DNA of 64,000 nucleotides, taken from Fistulifera solaris. Lineage: Eukaryota. Each line of letters starts with the position of its first letter. Position 1 is the first letter of the stretch. Shown piece by piece: positions 61,901-64,000 of the stretch. The translations under genes were made by a program, and so were the position numbers. Location: contig AP026140.1 in assembly GCA_030295235.1 (NCBI GenBank), forward strand, positions 434,001 through 498,000. Direction: 5' to 3'. Under the pieces are notes generated by a model. That model saw nothing but the letters and a program-made list of their open reading frames with translations. It was not told the origin of the DNA and searched no databases.

Positions 61901-62922
61901 GATGTATGTTCTATATACCGGCGACAGTATTCTTGGAGGTCCTAATGAAAAGGAAATTGAGGAAATTATTGAAAAGATGAAACAGATCAAACTAGACATT
62001 ACAGTTGAGGGAGATTTATCGGATTTTCTGGGAGTTAATATCAACAGGATCGGTGAATCAACAATTGAATTGAAACAGCCACAACTCATCGACTCGATAA
62101 TCAAAGACATGAAATTCGACCAGAAGGAAGTTAAAACAAAGGATATTCCAATGGCATCATCGAAGCTACTTTCGCAGCATCCCAAATCGCCGCCATTTGA
62201 CAAAAGTTTTCATTACACTTCAGTCATCGGAAAAATGAACTACCTGACGGCGAGGATCCAGGCCAGACATCGCCTATGCGGTACATCAATCGCCACGCTT
62301 TGCATCAAACCCAAGGAAAGAACATGGAGATGCAATGAGATGGCTTACAAAGTATCTGATAGGGACAAGGGACAAAGGAATGATTCTGCACCCAGACGTC
62401 TCTAGAAGCTTGGAAGTTCATGTCGGCCGATTTAGCAGGCAATTGGGATCCAGAGATCGCTTTTGAGGACCGAAACACAGCTCGCTCCAGACACGGATTT
62501 TTCATCACCTATGCCGGAGTATTGTTGCATCACAAGAGTCAACTTCAGACAGAGATTGCATTGAGTTCCACCGAGAGCGAATTCACCGGATTGAGCTACG
62601 CACTCAGAGATGCAATTCCTATCATGAACACTTTGAAGGAGATGCAATCACTTTCGGATTTGATGTGAAAGAGTGGAGGCCAAAAGTCCATTGCAAAGTA
62701 TTTGAGGACAACTCGGGAGCTCTGGAAATCGCAAAAGTTCCGAAGGCTCGACCAAGGACGAAGCATTTGAATGTCAAACTGCACCATTTTCGGTCATACG
62801 TTGACAGCGGAGATATAACAATCCACAAAATCGATACTCTCGAACAAGTTGCGGATATTCTAACGAAACCACTCACATTTGATCTCTTTGCCAAACATCG
62901 GAAGGCAATTCTCGGATGGTGA
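58985..62922 (+). CDS. pol: Retrotransposon pol: protease, integrase, reverse transcriptase, RNase H (frameshifted)
   Basis: 'FDTDSVPIGVDNRCSACIS'; integrase 'HRLYGH..CTACFYGK', 'HYHADNG', 'AHHQNGKAE', 'LWPYAL'; RT 'TYSPVA', 'QLDYVQAF', 'VYGAKDASRTW'; RNase H 'IALSSTESE', 'FEDNSGA', 'RTKHLNVKLHHFR', 'QVADILTKPL'. Confidence 0.93.
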
Positions 62923-62933
62923 GATCGCAGTTC

Positions 62934-62942
62934 GAGAGGGAG
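62934..62942 (+). other. Polypurine tract
   Basis: GAGAGGGAG directly abuts the 3' LTR. Confidence 0.85.
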
Positions 62943-63310
62943 TGTTGAATAACCAGTCACGCACGTGTCTACAATAAACGGAAAGACATGTGCACTACAT
63001 ATTACATGATACTGAAAACGAGAAGCGAACAGCAATCTACCTAATCCCGAATCCTCGTTATTCAAAGAACTAACAGCTGCCGAAGGAACCTAAACTATTA
63101 CTGACAAAGAACAATGCCAGCAGCTTCTGCATATTCTACATGAATCAAATGAGAACAATGAAGAGACAAACAAGAATTCAAATCAATAGGATAACTTCAT
63201 TTACTAGCTCATAATTTTAACAAGCAATCCGTTTGCAGCAATCCGTTTGCACCAAGTTAATTTTGTCAAGCCCAATCCATAGACGGCTCCGGCACCTGTG
63301 GATTTCAAGA
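62943..63310 (+). repeat. 3' LTR
   Basis: Near-identical to the 5' LTR; followed by TATGCG (63311-63316), matching 57118-57123. Confidence 0.95.
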
Positions 63311-63421
63311 TATGCGCATGAACATATGATAGGCAGCTACTGGCAAATAATACTTGTATCCGTACTTTTAGATAATCCTTTCCTTTTCATTTAAAACGGC
63401 CTATTTCCTTTCCGTATTTCG

Positions 63422-64000
63422 ATGGATCTCAGAATGACGAGCGAAGAGGACCAGGAAAACGCACGCGTCCTCCCGGAAAACTCAAAAGTCGTTGCATTTC
63501 GGGAAGAATACGAAGATCGATTGCGCACCTTTACCGTGGCCAATTATTTCGGTATACCACACTCTCTGTCTCCGATCGTTTGTGCGAGATTAGGGTACGT
63601 GTCCTACAAATGCTTTGTGAGGCTGTTATTTATTATGTGCACCATCTCATTTGGCCTGTATAGCTTTCGAAATAAAGGTCAGAATCAATTGCAATGTGTC
63701 GGTTGTCACGAGCCACTGTTGGTGCAATTTCCCGCCTGTCTTTTCCGCCACGGCGCGGTCAAAGTTAACCTCGCTCTATGAACAGCAACTCTGCGAATTG
63801 CACCGTGACAGTTGCCCGTTTCGTCGGGATGCCCAGAATTACAGGCTACTACTTGGCAACCAATCCGATCGGATCCCCGCCCTGTGGACCCAAGTATGGA
63901 GACCAAAGGAAGTATTGGAACTCTTGGATCCGTTACGACCCAGTGCCGTCGTGCGGGAACGGTGGGAAAAGGTGATACCTTGGCTGGAGTCGGCGGCGAT
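63422..64000 (+). CDS. zf-C3HC (NIPA/ZC3HC1/Rsm1-like) protein, 5' part, probably continuing beyond the window
   Basis: 'RLRTFTVANYFGIPHSLSPIVCARLG', then intron GTACGT(63595)..TAG(63663), then 'FRNKGQNQLQCVGC'. Apparent frameshifts downstream. Confidence 0.7.

Larger units (their letters stand above)
57124..63310 (+). mobile_element. Full-length Ty1/copia LTR retrotransposon (diatom CoDi-like)
   Basis: Two 368-bp LTRs, flanking direct repeat TATGCG, domain order gag-PR-IN-RT-RNaseH, PPT before the 3' LTR. Confidence 0.97.

Overview
Gene-dense eukaryotic nuclear DNA, most likely from a pennate diatom. The evidence is short GT-AG introns, signal peptide plus Phe ('ASAFAP'-like) plastid-targeting leaders and a diatom-style Ty1/copia element; the taxon is an inference. 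The window holds about 22 single-copy protein genes, including a CRAL-TRIO protein, Sec1/Munc18, RNase HII, DBR1, an Obg GTPase, DNA2, an RluA pseudouridine synthase, NDUFAF5, CENP-C, ATG2, an atypical Hsp70, AP-4 sigma, a ZUP1-like peptidase, SET, Sel1, cupin, DUF2061-like and zf-C3HC proteins. It also holds a 5-copy tandem family of ankyrin-like proteins with acidic tails (37-48 kb), a 711-bp tandem duplication, two tRNA genes and a young full-length copia LTR retrotransposon (57124-63310). Many conserved genes carry single-base frameshifts, probably uncorrected long-read errors. The top finding is an intact-looking tRNA-Leu(UAG) gene (32966-33123, minus strand) whose D-loop is split by a 79-nt intron with spliceosomal GTAAGT...CAG ends rather than a tRNA-endonuclease intron. 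The copia element is also unusual: TG...GA termini, a 6-bp TSD and a primer-binding site complementary to the D-arm of initiator tRNA-Met.
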